A stretch of DNA of 64,000 nucleotides from Planctomycetaceae bacterium (GTDB lineage Bacteria; Planctomycetota; Planctomycetia; Pirellulales; UBA1268). Both the position numbers and the translations under genes were made by a program. The notes below the pieces were generated by a model. The model ran no database searches, had not been told where the DNA came from, and saw only the letters and a program-made list of their open reading frames with translations. This document shows, piece by piece, positions 45,801 through 52,864 of the stretch (within the stretch, counting starts at the first letter, position 1; every line of letters begins with the position of its first letter). The stretch is taken from positions 24,894 through 88,893 of the forward strand of contig CANFQO010000005.1 in the NCBI GenBank assembly GCA_947449135.1. The letters are read 5' to 3'.

Positions 45801-47222
45801 CAGGGTCGTGCCTTCGGTATGCACGTGCTGCTCGGCTCCCAGACGCTCGGCGGCTCCTATAGTCTGCCCCGCGCCACGATGGGTCAGATGGCGGTCCGCA
45901 TCGCGCTGCAATGCAACGAGGCCGATTCCAGCCTGATTCTCAGCGAGGAAAACACGGCCGCCCGCCTGCTGACGCGTCCCGGCGAGGCGATCTACAACGA
46001 TGCCAACGGCATGGTCGCCGGCAACAATCCCTTCCAGGTCGTGTTCTTGAACGACGAGCGTCGCGAGCGGTATCTCGGCGCTCTGCGGCGGCTGGCCGAC
46101 CGGCGGACCGACATTCCGGCCCTGCCCCGCATGGTGTTCGATGGCAACGAGGCGGCCGACCCTGCGGGGAATGCCCTGCTGGCGGAACTGCTCAGCGCCG
46201 GCACCGTGGCTGGGAGTTCGCAGACGGCGCCGCTGGCGTGGCTTGGCGACGCCATCGCCATCAAGGATCCGACAGCTGCCATCTTTCGTCGTCAGGGTGG
46301 CGCCAACCTGCTCATCGTGGGCCAGCGCGAGGATCTGGGTGTGAGTCTGCTGGCCATGTCGATGGTCAGTCTTGCCGCAGCACACGATCCGCATCCGGGC
46401 GGTGCCCTGGGCCGCGCAGCGCGGTTCGTGGTATTCGAGCCTGCGATCGCCGAGGAGAAGCCCGACATCCTGCTTTCGAAACTCGCCCCCTCACTGCCGC
46501 ACGAGACGGAGTTGGTCGGTCGGCTCGGGGTCGGCGATGCGGTCCAGCGGCTGGCCGACGAGGTGCGCCGGCGGATCGACGAGCAGGTGCTCGACGGCGA
46601 GGCCGTCTACGTGATCATCCGCGACCTGGCTCGCTTCCGTGAACTGCGGCGAAACGAAGGCGACTTCGGATACTCATTCGGTGGCGACCAGAAGGCCACG
46701 CCGGCCCAGAATCTGGTGACGCTCCTCAAGGATGGGCCTCCCGTCGGCGTGCATGTGCTCATCTGGTGCGACTCGCTCACGAACCTGCAGCGGACGTTCG
46801 AACGCGGCACGCTCAAGGAATTCGAACTCCGCGTGCTCTTCCAGATGAGCGGCTCCGACTCCAGCCAGCTCGTCGATAGCCCAGCCGCGGTGAAGCTTGG
46901 TCCGCAGCGGGCACTCTTCATTCACGAGGAGACGGGCACGCTCGAGAAATTCCGACCGTATGCTTTCCCGGCGGGTGAATGGCTCACCGGAATGTCGGCA
47001 GCGATGAAGGCGCGGCCGCAGGGCACACCCGTGCAGCGGCCGGTCGCCGCGCCGGCGGCATCACCCTCGAAACCAACCGCCGCCCCCGGCGACGATTTCG
47101 GCTTCACGGGCAAACTCGGCGGCGGCTTCGGTGCCGACGAATTCAACTTCGCCAAGTTTCTCGATGACACGCCCGCAGAGGATGGGGCCGAGGGCTCTCC
47201 GCCCGGCGACGGCCAGCCGTAG
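42879..47222 (+). CDS. Membrane-anchored FtsK/SpoIIIE-family ATPase with three P-loop modules (EssC/EccC-like)
   Basis: 1447 aa. An N-terminal coiled coil is followed by two TM helices (nt ~43729-43887) and a second coiled coil. Module 1 is degenerate (LLIKTSGDQKEV). Module 2 is intact, with Walker A IAGKTGSGKST (45399-45422) and Walker B LLIIDEFQE (~45711). Module 3 is degenerate (LLIVGQREDLGVS). The start codon is uncertain (TTG). Confidence 0.9.
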   Translation: MIRPATATPAADCSFFTLQKPRSRSPSPHRANRLVTLSHTVDGPAALNHTAYDRDLLREQILRLRKAAAARSHLEQEITLEHEKETMAARKHADTETSALEESYSGESDALRREHASVIEKADAEALAERSKLDAQRKGFAATIDRNWEQQQEQLKGDAQFDDNSAKEVFKDKRKEPGTTLQRTEKSLAAIAAQLGEADARSLQFLKDQGLAAALPALPNTPPAEQGSPASNEPASAKAAAEPLPTGAELLTLLEQLRGTVANQTTALLGLKSVATAFSGGTKAAVIVLPILLGIVSAVMTYLLFGGNATTKAIAALTALATVAVVGVGLGLWLIGRLRRAACKQAAALREELVHTIDRTRQCLTASTGFVKKRHDAQLAKLDATFAEESKQRKMKTEADLSAAQQKRDKLHAELNAKFTGALDKVQKKLDATREAAEKKYPARLESLATNRTNRLQQLAQERDDRLAAADHRRNERWQLMTDAWRTARTETAAVYDKATSIDTAAFQPWSALATDETPLPAVAPPGLRFGQLALSLERVPGGVSSRPEFNAFGPVSWTQPATVPFPVEASLLIKTSGDQKEVASEMMQAMMLRIASGVPAGQTRFTIIDPLGLGKQFAGFMHLADYDELLVTSRIWTEPPQIEQCLADITEQIELVIQKYLRNEYESIGDYNADAEVPEPYRFVVVANFPANFNETSARRLASIAASGARCGVYTIVSVDTSQHMPSNFNIADIEQHATTLVLKDGVYTWNDPEFGKWPLAVEQPPSDELFTKIIQRVGKAAKAAKRVEVPFDRVAPKEEDWWTGSTATEVLAPLGPAGAKKLQYMKLGKGTSQHALIAGKTGSGKSTLMHALITSLALNYSPNEIQFYLIDFKKGVEFKLYDHYRLPHARVIAIESEREFGLSVLEQLDRELKRRGDLFREFAVQDVAGFRQSGNGEPMPRILLIIDEFQEIFVEDDKIAQDASLILDRLVRQGRAFGMHVLLGSQTLGGSYSLPRATMGQMAVRIALQCNEADSSLILSEENTAARLLTRPGEAIYNDANGMVAGNNPFQVVFLNDERRERYLGALRRLADRRTDIPALPRMVFDGNEAADPAGNALLAELLSAGTVAGSSQTAPLAWLGDAIAIKDPTAAIFRRQGGANLLIVGQREDLGVSLLAMSMVSLAAAHDPHPGGALGRAARFVVFEPAIAEEKPDILLSKLAPSLPHETELVGRLGVGDAVQRLADEVRRRIDEQVLDGEAVYVIIRDLARFRELRRNEGDFGYSFGGDQKATPAQNLVTLLKDGPPVGVHVLIWCDSLTNLQRTFERGTLKEFELRVLFQMSGSDSSQLVDSPAAVKLGPQRALFIHEETGTLEKFRPYAFPAGEWLTGMSAAMKARPQGTPVQRPVAAPAASPSKPTAAPGDDFGFTGKLGGGFGADEFNFAKFLDDTPAEDGAEGSPPGDGQP

Positions 47223-47274
47223 GCTCAAAGAAGCCGTAAAGTTTTCTGCTGGAGCACGGATTGAACGGGCTGAA

Positions 47275-47293
47275 GTGGTGCCACGGGCACCAC
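47275..47293 (+). terminator. Stem-loop downstream of the FtsK-like ATPase gene
   Basis: gtggtgcc (47275-82) pairs perfectly with ggcaccac (47286-93) across the 3-nt loop acg. There is no U-tract. Confidence 0.35.
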
Positions 47294-47313
47294 CACCGTG
47301 GGCTCCTGTTGCC

Positions 47314-47331
47314 GCGGAGTGAACGCTCCGC
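47314..47331 (-). terminator. Stem-loop immediately after the htrA-like stop codon
   Basis: gcggag (47314-19) pairs perfectly with ctccgc (47326-31) across a 6-nt loop. It abuts the stop codon at 47332-34 on the minus strand. Confidence 0.3.
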
Positions 47332-48471
47332 CTACTTATCGTGAGGCCGGCGGCCGACCCGCACCGTGATCGTCATCTGCTCGCCATCGCGGATGACCTC
47401 CAGCGGCACCTCCGCCCCGACGGGTGCACGTGTGAGGAGCAGAACGAGTTCCGCCGGCTCTGTAATCTCTTCGCCGTCGAAGCTCAGCACCACGTCCCCA
47501 GGCTTCACGCCCGCCTCCGCGGCCGGCGATTTCGGCTCCACGGCGGCCACGGCGGCGCCGGGTCCAGCGGCGAGCCCCGGCGGCAGCTCCCGCAACGCCA
47601 TGCCAAGGTAGCCACGCTCCACATGACCGGTCATCCGAATCTCGTCGCAGACCCGCCGGGCCGTATTGCTCGGGATCGCGAAACCGATACCACGGAAGCC
47701 CTTTCCCACGATCGCCGTCGTGATCCCCATCACATGACCGTCCACGTCGACGAGCGGCCCACCGGAATTACCTGGATTGATCGAGGCATCGGTCTGCAGG
47801 AATTCCTGGAACGGGTTGTCGACCACGCCCCGTCGTCCTACGGCACTGACAATGCCGTAGGTGATCGTACGATCGAGGCCGAAAGGATTGCCGATGGCCC
47901 ACACCATCTCACCAACCTCCGCGGTATCGCTGTCGGCCCAGTCGGCCTTCGGCAGATCCTTCGCATCGACCCGCAGCACGGCCAGATCGGTGGCGGCATC
48001 GGCCCCCACGAGGCTGGCCTTGTAGCGACGTCCGTCGGCCAGCGTCACATCGATCTCGTCGCTCTGGGAGACGACATGGTAATTGGTGACGATCACGCCA
48101 TCGGATTCCACGATCACACCCGAACCAACCGATTCGTTGGTGGCGCCAGCGGGAGACTCTCCACGAAGCGCGGCAATCTCGTCGGCGAGCGTGTGCACCC
48201 GCTTCTTGGACGTCACATTGACTACCGCCGGACCAATGACACGGGCGAGCGTCGTGAACAATTTGCCGACCGCCCTCAATTCGGCGCCGGCCGCCGCATC
48301 ACGGATCGCGGAGAGTTCGGCCCGCGTCTTCGCATACTGGATCCGACCGGCCAGCGACGGCCAGACAAGCAGCCCCACGAGCGTCACGAATCCGAGAAAC
48401 AAGATCAGCGTCCGCACGTTGGCGACATGGCCCGGATTTTCAGCCTGTCTGGACTGGATCGACGAACTCAT
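47332..48471 (-). CDS. Membrane-anchored S1C (HtrA/DegS-like) serine protease with one PDZ domain
   Basis: N-terminal TM (LILFLGFVTLVGLLVW). Catalytic residues sit in VTNYHVV, DLAVLRV and GNSGGPLV. The C-terminal PDZ reads PAAEAGVKPGDVVLSFDG. Confidence 0.9.
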   Translation of the reverse strand: MSSSIQSRQAENPGHVANVRTLILFLGFVTLVGLLVWPSLAGRIQYAKTRAELSAIRDAAAGAELRAVGKLFTTLARVIGPAVVNVTSKKRVHTLADEIAALRGESPAGATNESVGSGVIVESDGVIVTNYHVVSQSDEIDVTLADGRRYKASLVGADAATDLAVLRVDAKDLPKADWADSDTAEVGEMVWAIGNPFGLDRTITYGIVSAVGRRGVVDNPFQEFLQTDASINPGNSGGPLVDVDGHVMGITTAIVGKGFRGIGFAIPSNTARRVCDEIRMTGHVERGYLGMALRELPPGLAAGPGAAVAAVEPKSPAAEAGVKPGDVVLSFDGEEITEPAELVLLLTRAPVGAEVPLEVIRDGEQMTITVRVGRRPHDK

Positions 48472-49715
48472 GGGGCGGCCATCCGGGGTGCGAGCGTCCG
48501 CCTCACGAGGTCGATGGCGGTTTTGGCCGCACGCGACAATGCAAGCGATGGGCCTCCTCCAAGCATATGCTCGATCCGCTCGATCTGTTGACCGTCTGAC
48601 AGTGCGATATCGACCACGCTGCGGCCGTCGGGGCCCGGACGGGCCGCCCCAATCGCCAGGCCGAGCGTGGCCTTAAACTCGGTTCGAGCCCGTTCAGCGA
48701 GGGCCTGCATGCCGGTGATGGAATGATCGTGCGCGATGCCGGCGAATGCCGGCAGGACGGTGCTGCCCCGGTAGACCGTGGCGGCTGGCTCGTGCGGCTG
48801 GAGTTGCATCTGCCTCTGGGCCTCAGCATGCGCGAGACAGGCGGACACACGGCCCTCGGTGCCGATCTCGACCGTGCCGAGCGTCTGCCCGGCTGCAGCC
48901 AGGGCCCGCACCGCGGCATCCTCCACCTCGTCGTCATCCACGCCATAGACGTGGGCTCCCAGACAGTCCCGGATCGTCTGCTCCGTGGGGGCGATCTTCG
49001 TCAGGCACTCCGCACGATCACGGCCCCGCGCCACGATCCGCAGCGTGATGGTGGCTTCGTGTGCCGTGATGCCGACGAGCGGATCACGGCCGCGACGGAT
49101 CAGATCGGGCAGCATTTCCTCGACCGCGCTCTCCCCTGCTCCAAAACACTTGATCCGGCGATGCACGAACACCCCCGCATCGGGCTGCATGGCTGCGAGC
49201 GCGGATTCCACGGTGCCCCTCCACATCATCCGCATCTCCGACGGCACACCCGGAAGCGCGATGATCCGGCTCGTGCTCCCATCCGGCCGCCGGACGTCGA
49301 GGTCGATGCCCGGAGCCGTGCCATCGGGGTTTGGAATGATACGACTGCCGCGAGGAAACATCGCCTGCCGCCGGTTACTCTCAGGCATCGCCGCAGCTCT
49401 TCGGGCAAACCTCGCCTCCACCGCGGCAAGTGCCGCTGCCGAGAGTTCGAGTGGCTCGCCGGCAACTGCCGCGAGCACGTCCCTGGTGAGATCGTCGGCC
49501 GTCGGCCCCAGCCCGCCAGTGGCCACCACGACGTCGCACCGCGAGACCGCGGCCTGAAACGCCTCGATGCCCGCTTCGAGCGTGTCGCAGGCGGTGGTGT
49601 GAAAGAGCACCGGAATGCCGAGCAGCCCCAACTCCGTGGAGAGCCACTGGCTGTTCGTGTCGAGACGCTGCCCGGTGGTGAGTTCGTCGCCGATCGCTAT
49701 CACTTCAGCATGCAT
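48468..49715 (-). CDS. cinA: CinA family protein (MoCF-type N-domain plus PncC-like NMN deamidase domain)
   Basis: EVIAIGDELTTGQRLDTNSQWLS...VVVATGGLGPTADDLTR. 415 aa. Its stop overlaps the htrA-like start by 4 nt. Confidence 0.9.
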   Translation of the reverse strand: MHAEVIAIGDELTTGQRLDTNSQWLSTELGLLGIPVLFHTTACDTLEAGIEAFQAAVSRCDVVVATGGLGPTADDLTRDVLAAVAGEPLELSAAALAAVEARFARRAAAMPESNRRQAMFPRGSRIIPNPDGTAPGIDLDVRRPDGSTSRIIALPGVPSEMRMMWRGTVESALAAMQPDAGVFVHRRIKCFGAGESAVEEMLPDLIRRGRDPLVGITAHEATITLRIVARGRDRAECLTKIAPTEQTIRDCLGAHVYGVDDDEVEDAAVRALAAAGQTLGTVEIGTEGRVSACLAHAEAQRQMQLQPHEPAATVYRGSTVLPAFAGIAHDHSITGMQALAERARTEFKATLGLAIGAARPGPDGRSVVDIALSDGQQIERIEHMLGGGPSLALSRAAKTAIDLVRRTLAPRMAAP

Positions 49716-49795
49716 ACGCCTTCGTATACCCCAGCCAAGCCCCGTTGCACAGGCCCGGGCTGGTCGGATGCCGGTCGCCGGGAAACAATACGGTC

Positions 49796-51034
49796 ATGAA
49801 ACTCGGACTGCTTGGCATCGATGACCGGATCGCAGCGGTGGTCGCCGCCGCCCCGGCGGCCGGTGACACGGTCGTGATTGGCTGCGATCTGCCTGACTCG
49901 AGGCCGCTGGACGGATCGGTGGCCGCGAATATGCCCCGAGATCCCTCTTGGGAGCCGTTGCTCGATCCGCAGGTCTGTGATGCGGTGCTCGTCGGCGTCG
50001 ACGGCTGGAATGACGCCCGAGCGGATGGTGTGAGGGCGCTCGTACAGGCGGGACGCGCCCTTTTGCTTTCCCACCCGCTGGTGCTTTCGATGCTCTGGGC
50101 CTACGAGCTCGACATGATCCACGGCGATTCCGGCGCGAGACTGATCCCCTTCCTACCCGACCGTCTGCATCCATTCATTCGCAGACTCCAGGAGCAGATC
50201 GAGGCGGGGCTCGCGGGCGCGGGCCCACTGGGAGCTGTCGAGACGATCACGATGGAACGGCGGATGGTCGACAGATCTCGCGATGCCGTTCTCCGCGCGG
50301 TCGCCGTCGACGCCGATCTTGTCAGGGTTCTGGCAGGAGATCCCTCCCGGCTCTCGACACTTGGCGCTGCTGATGCTGACGCCGCCTGGAATACGCTCGC
50401 GGTCGGCTTCAGCGGGCCGACACAGGTGCCGGTACGATGGCAGGTGGTCCGAGGCGACCAACCTGGCCTGCGGATCACGGTCGTGCAGGCTCAGGGGTCG
50501 TGTGCTGTCGACATTCCTGACGATCCCCCTGATCGCACCGGCCGTGACAACCGGCTGCCCTGGACCTGGTCGGGCGAGTACACCGAAACGGAAGCCTTCG
50601 ATCGCGGAGCAGTGATGCTCGAGGAGTTGCATCGCGTCCGTCAGGCCACGCCGATCCCTCCTGCCGCCTGGTCTGACGCGGCCCGCGCGATTGAGTTGGC
50701 CGAGACAGTGCCTCGGAGTCTCGCCAGAGGGCGGGCAATCGACCTCCACCAGGAAGAGTTCTCGGAGCTTGGCACATTCCGCGGCACCATGGCCTCGCTC
50801 GGCTGCGGACTTGTGCTGGCAGCCCTGCTGGTGCTCGTCCTGGCAACCTTGGTGGGCGGTATCGCCCGTGAGGCAGGCTGGGCCTGGGGTGAACAAATCG
50901 CGGGCATCTGGCCCTGGGTCGTCCTCTCCGTGCTGTCACTCTTTCTGGCCCTCCAGGTTCTGCCGCTCCTCATCAGCGCCGGCGCCGCCCCCCCCGCCGA
51001 AGGGCCGCCGGATCAGCGGCCACGGCGGGAGTGA
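49796..51034 (+). CDS. Hypothetical membrane-anchored protein with a degenerate Gfo/Idh/MocA-like N-terminus
   Basis: ATG at 49796 (MKLGLLGIDDRIAAVV). Two C-terminal TM helices (LGCGLVLAALLVLVLATLVGGI and IWPWVVLSVLSLFLALQVLPLLI). The nucleotide-binding GxGxxG is not intact. Confidence 0.6.
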   Translation: MKLGLLGIDDRIAAVVAAAPAAGDTVVIGCDLPDSRPLDGSVAANMPRDPSWEPLLDPQVCDAVLVGVDGWNDARADGVRALVQAGRALLLSHPLVLSMLWAYELDMIHGDSGARLIPFLPDRLHPFIRRLQEQIEAGLAGAGPLGAVETITMERRMVDRSRDAVLRAVAVDADLVRVLAGDPSRLSTLGAADADAAWNTLAVGFSGPTQVPVRWQVVRGDQPGLRITVVQAQGSCAVDIPDDPPDRTGRDNRLPWTWSGEYTETEAFDRGAVMLEELHRVRQATPIPPAAWSDAARAIELAETVPRSLARGRAIDLHQEEFSELGTFRGTMASLGCGLVLAALLVLVLATLVGGIAREAGWAWGEQIAGIWPWVVLSVLSLFLALQVLPLLISAGAAPPAEGPPDQRPRRE

Positions 51035-51295
51035 TTTCGTGAGGAATTTTCTGCCATCCGGCATTCCCAGACCCTCAAGACCGCCGAAAACGCCACCGGC
51101 CTCCATCTGGGAAAGCTGTGCCGTCCCACGTCGCTGGCGGTGAACCACGGGGCTGGCCCATCCGATTCAAGGGGAGCAGTGTGGAAATCGGCCCGGCGGC
51201 CGATGAAGCACGGCCGATGCGACCACCGCATCGTTGCCTGATCGACCGTGTGCCAGTGTCGATCGGAGTGGGGCGTTTCGGGGGGTCTGGTCTTC

Positions 51296-52612
51296 ATGCG
51301 CTGTCCGTCGATCGTTGTTGCAGCCGTCGCCCTGCTGTTGGCATCCTCCCTCACCGGAGATGCTGGCGCGGTGGAAGGCCGCCGGACGGCGATCGTCAGT
51401 GCCATCGAATCGACCCGGGATAGCGTCGTCAACATTCACGGCCAGAAGTTCGTGCCCAACCCGGACGATGAGAACGCCGGTGAGTTGAAACGCGTCAATG
51501 GCATGGGAACCGGCGTCGTCGTCGATCCCAGGGGCTACGTCGTCACCAACTATCACGTCGTGGAGGGTGTCCGCCGGATCGAGGTCACCCTTGCATCGGG
51601 CAAGACCACGTCAGCCACGCTTGTCTCCCACGATCCCCGGACCGACCTCGCGGTCATCAAGGTGGAGAACGACCGGCCGCTACCCGTGATCACGATCGGC
51701 ACCTCGTCCGATCTGATGATCGGCGAGACCGTGCTGGCGCTTGGCAATGCTTACGGCTACGAGCACACTGTCACCCGCGGCATCGTATCGGCTCTCCATA
51801 GAGATGTGGAGGTGAGCCGCACGCAGCGATATGACGATCTGATCCAGACCGACGCCAGTATCAATCCCGGCAACTCTGGCGGCCCGCTGCTGAACATCAA
51901 CGGCGAGATGATCGGCATCAACGTGGCGGTACGAGCCGGTGCACAGGGAATCGGCTTTGCGATCCCTGTGGATAAAGTGCTGGAGGTAGTGGCGGCACTG
52001 CTCTCGGTCGAGCGAGTGGATCGCACCTGGCACGGCATTGTGTCCCGCACCGACGGTCAGCGGGGTGTGATCGTTGAGACCGTGCACAGCCGGAGCCCGG
52101 CGGAGAGTGTCGGCGTGAAGGCGGGCGACGTGATCACGCAGATCGGCGAGACGCCTGTAGCCCGTCCGCTCGACATCGAGCGCGGCCTGCTCGGCCATCG
52201 GGCCGGAGACAGCGTGTCGGTGACCGTGATGCGGGCAGGCGCGGAGGAGAAACTAGACCTGTCGTTGGCAGCGGCTCGTCGCGACATCCTCACGATCGAG
52301 GAACGCTGCTGGCAGGACATCGGCCTTCGACTGGAGGCAATGCCTGCGGCCAAGGTTCAACGACTGCAGTCTCGGTATCGGGGCGGATTGCTGGTGAGCG
52401 CGGTCCGCGAAGGCGGGCCGGCGAGTGAGCAGGGCATCCGAGAAGGCGACATTCTGGTCGGCCTTCATGTGTGGGAGACGATCATGCCCGACAACATCTC
52501 CTACATCCTCGAGAAGGCGGAAGAGGAGCACCTGAACCCCATCAAATTCTACGTGCTCCGTGGCCGCGAGACGCTCTTCGGCCATCTCGTCTCCGACACG
52601 ATTCGCCGCTAG
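51296..52612 (+). CDS. Periplasmic S1C (HtrA/DegP/DegQ-like) serine protease with two PDZ domains
   Basis: ATG at 51296 with a signal peptide. Catalytic residues sit in VTNYHVV, DLAVIKV and GNSGGPLLN. Two PDZ-like segments are present: PAESVGVKAGDVITQIG and PASEQGIREGDILVGL. Confidence 0.9.
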   Translation: MRCPSIVVAAVALLLASSLTGDAGAVEGRRTAIVSAIESTRDSVVNIHGQKFVPNPDDENAGELKRVNGMGTGVVVDPRGYVVTNYHVVEGVRRIEVTLASGKTTSATLVSHDPRTDLAVIKVENDRPLPVITIGTSSDLMIGETVLALGNAYGYEHTVTRGIVSALHRDVEVSRTQRYDDLIQTDASINPGNSGGPLLNINGEMIGINVAVRAGAQGIGFAIPVDKVLEVVAALLSVERVDRTWHGIVSRTDGQRGVIVETVHSRSPAESVGVKAGDVITQIGETPVARPLDIERGLLGHRAGDSVSVTVMRAGAEEKLDLSLAAARRDILTIEERCWQDIGLRLEAMPAAKVQRLQSRYRGGLLVSAVREGGPASEQGIREGDILVGLHVWETIMPDNISYILEKAEEEHLNPIKFYVLRGRETLFGHLVSDTIRR

Positions 52613-52864
52613 GCCACTGGCGGGAATTGATCGAGCAACGATCGGGCATCCACCCTGCCCGCTGAAAACTGGGCGGCATAGCGATCGTCTTCGACGCATG
52701 GAGGCCCCTCGTCCAGCAACGCTCTCGGCGACGTGGATGCCGGCTCTGGTTCGATATAGAGTAGAGAAGTGGGTTTCCGCCCACAGAGTGTCGAGCTCGC
52801 GTTGTTGGCATTTTCAGAGTCGGGGTGTCTGGCTCTCGAGTGTCACGGCCAAGGCTGGGAAAGG

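Noticed and set aside
41689-47222. I considered whether the WXG/FtsK-like operon sits on a mobile island or conjugative element, with the FtsK-like protein acting as a DNA translocase.
   Set aside because: No integrase, relaxase, transposase, tRNA target or direct repeats are visible in the flanks. The flanking genes are housekeeping-type (hemQ-like, htrA, cinA) with similar GC. Compositional statistics were judged by eye only.
47332-48471. The HtrA-like protease as a mycosin-like component of the type VII-like locus.
   Set aside because: It is convergent to the ATPase gene and separated from it by two hairpins. It is translationally coupled to cinA instead. It belongs to the S1C family, not the S8 subtilisin family.
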